Assembly: GCA_030390025.1 (NCBI GenBank)
Contig: CM059431.1
Span: forward strand, 159,528,001 to 159,592,000
Source of the DNA: Squalus acanthias
Lineage: Eukaryota
Length of the DNA: 64,000 nucleotides
Reading direction: 5' to 3'
Below the pieces are notes generated by a model that saw only the letters and a list, made by a program, of their open reading frames with translations, was not told the DNA's origin and ran no database searches. This document shows positions 63,440 to 64,000 of this stretch, one piece after another. Position numbers and translations under genes: made by a program. The stretch's first letter is position 1. Every line of letters starts with the position of its first letter.

Positions 63440-64000
63440 GATGTAGTTTAGGATGAACAGTGGTCACTACACGGATCCTTACGGGACTCCACCAGTAACC
63501 GTTATCCGCGTACAGCCGCTCCCGTTTATAACAAGCCTTTTTCTGAGAAAATATAACCAAGTACCTATCAAATCCAGAATCTACCCTCTTCTCCCGCAGG
63601 AAGCCATGTTATGAAGTGAGGCCTTGTGAGGCACCTTGTTAAACGTTTCCTCAAGTTCCAAATTTTTAATGTCAACAACAAAGCGGTTTACTTCCTCAGA
63701 ACAATGACCCAAGTTGGTGAGACATGACATTCTATTTTAGAAGCCATGTTGTGTATCTCTGATAACTCCTATTATTTCCACGTGGTCATACAGGGTATCG
63801 GCAATGATCCCTTCTCACAACTTTCCACTAAGCGGAAGTAAAGCTAATTGGTTTATAATTTCCTGGATCTGATTGTTACCTTTTAAAATTTGGAACTGTA
63901 TTAACTTCCCTACAATTCATGTGGTAATATACCATTTGTAGTGAACTATTAAGGATATAGACCAGGTGCAAACTTAACACATCCCTTGGGAAGAATACCA
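63440..64000 (-). mobile_element. Old LINE RT remnant
   Basis: Degenerate reverse-complement matches to GVPQGS, KAFD, HGF and NYRPISL motifs. Confidence 0.6.

Overview
Eukaryotic, repeat-dense vertebrate DNA, most likely a cartilaginous fish (inferred from the CR1/L2 LINE, Deu-domain SINE, Penelope and NLR content). There are no prokaryotic genes and no CRISPR array. (1) A complete PIF/Harbinger DNA transposon spans 80-4849 with 12-bp TIRs and an ATT target-site duplication. It carries an intact DDE transposase and a convergent, apparently disrupted Myb/SANT partner gene, and about eight related MITEs lie elsewhere in the window. (2) A minus-strand NLR gene (disordered N-terminus, death-fold-like domain, NACHT, few LRRs) spans about 6.2-29.8 kb. 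It has a 1-nt frameshift in one exon and a young CR1 inserted about 10 nt from the NACHT-exon acceptor. (3) Penelope-derived sequences carry minimal hammerhead ribozymes, including a head-to-head pair inside the Harbinger. (4) Two related satellite arrays have 49-bp and 39-bp units. (5) Many CR1/L2 LINE and tRNA-SINE copies fill the rest. Exon structures and family calls were made by eye and need alignment and RNA confirmation.
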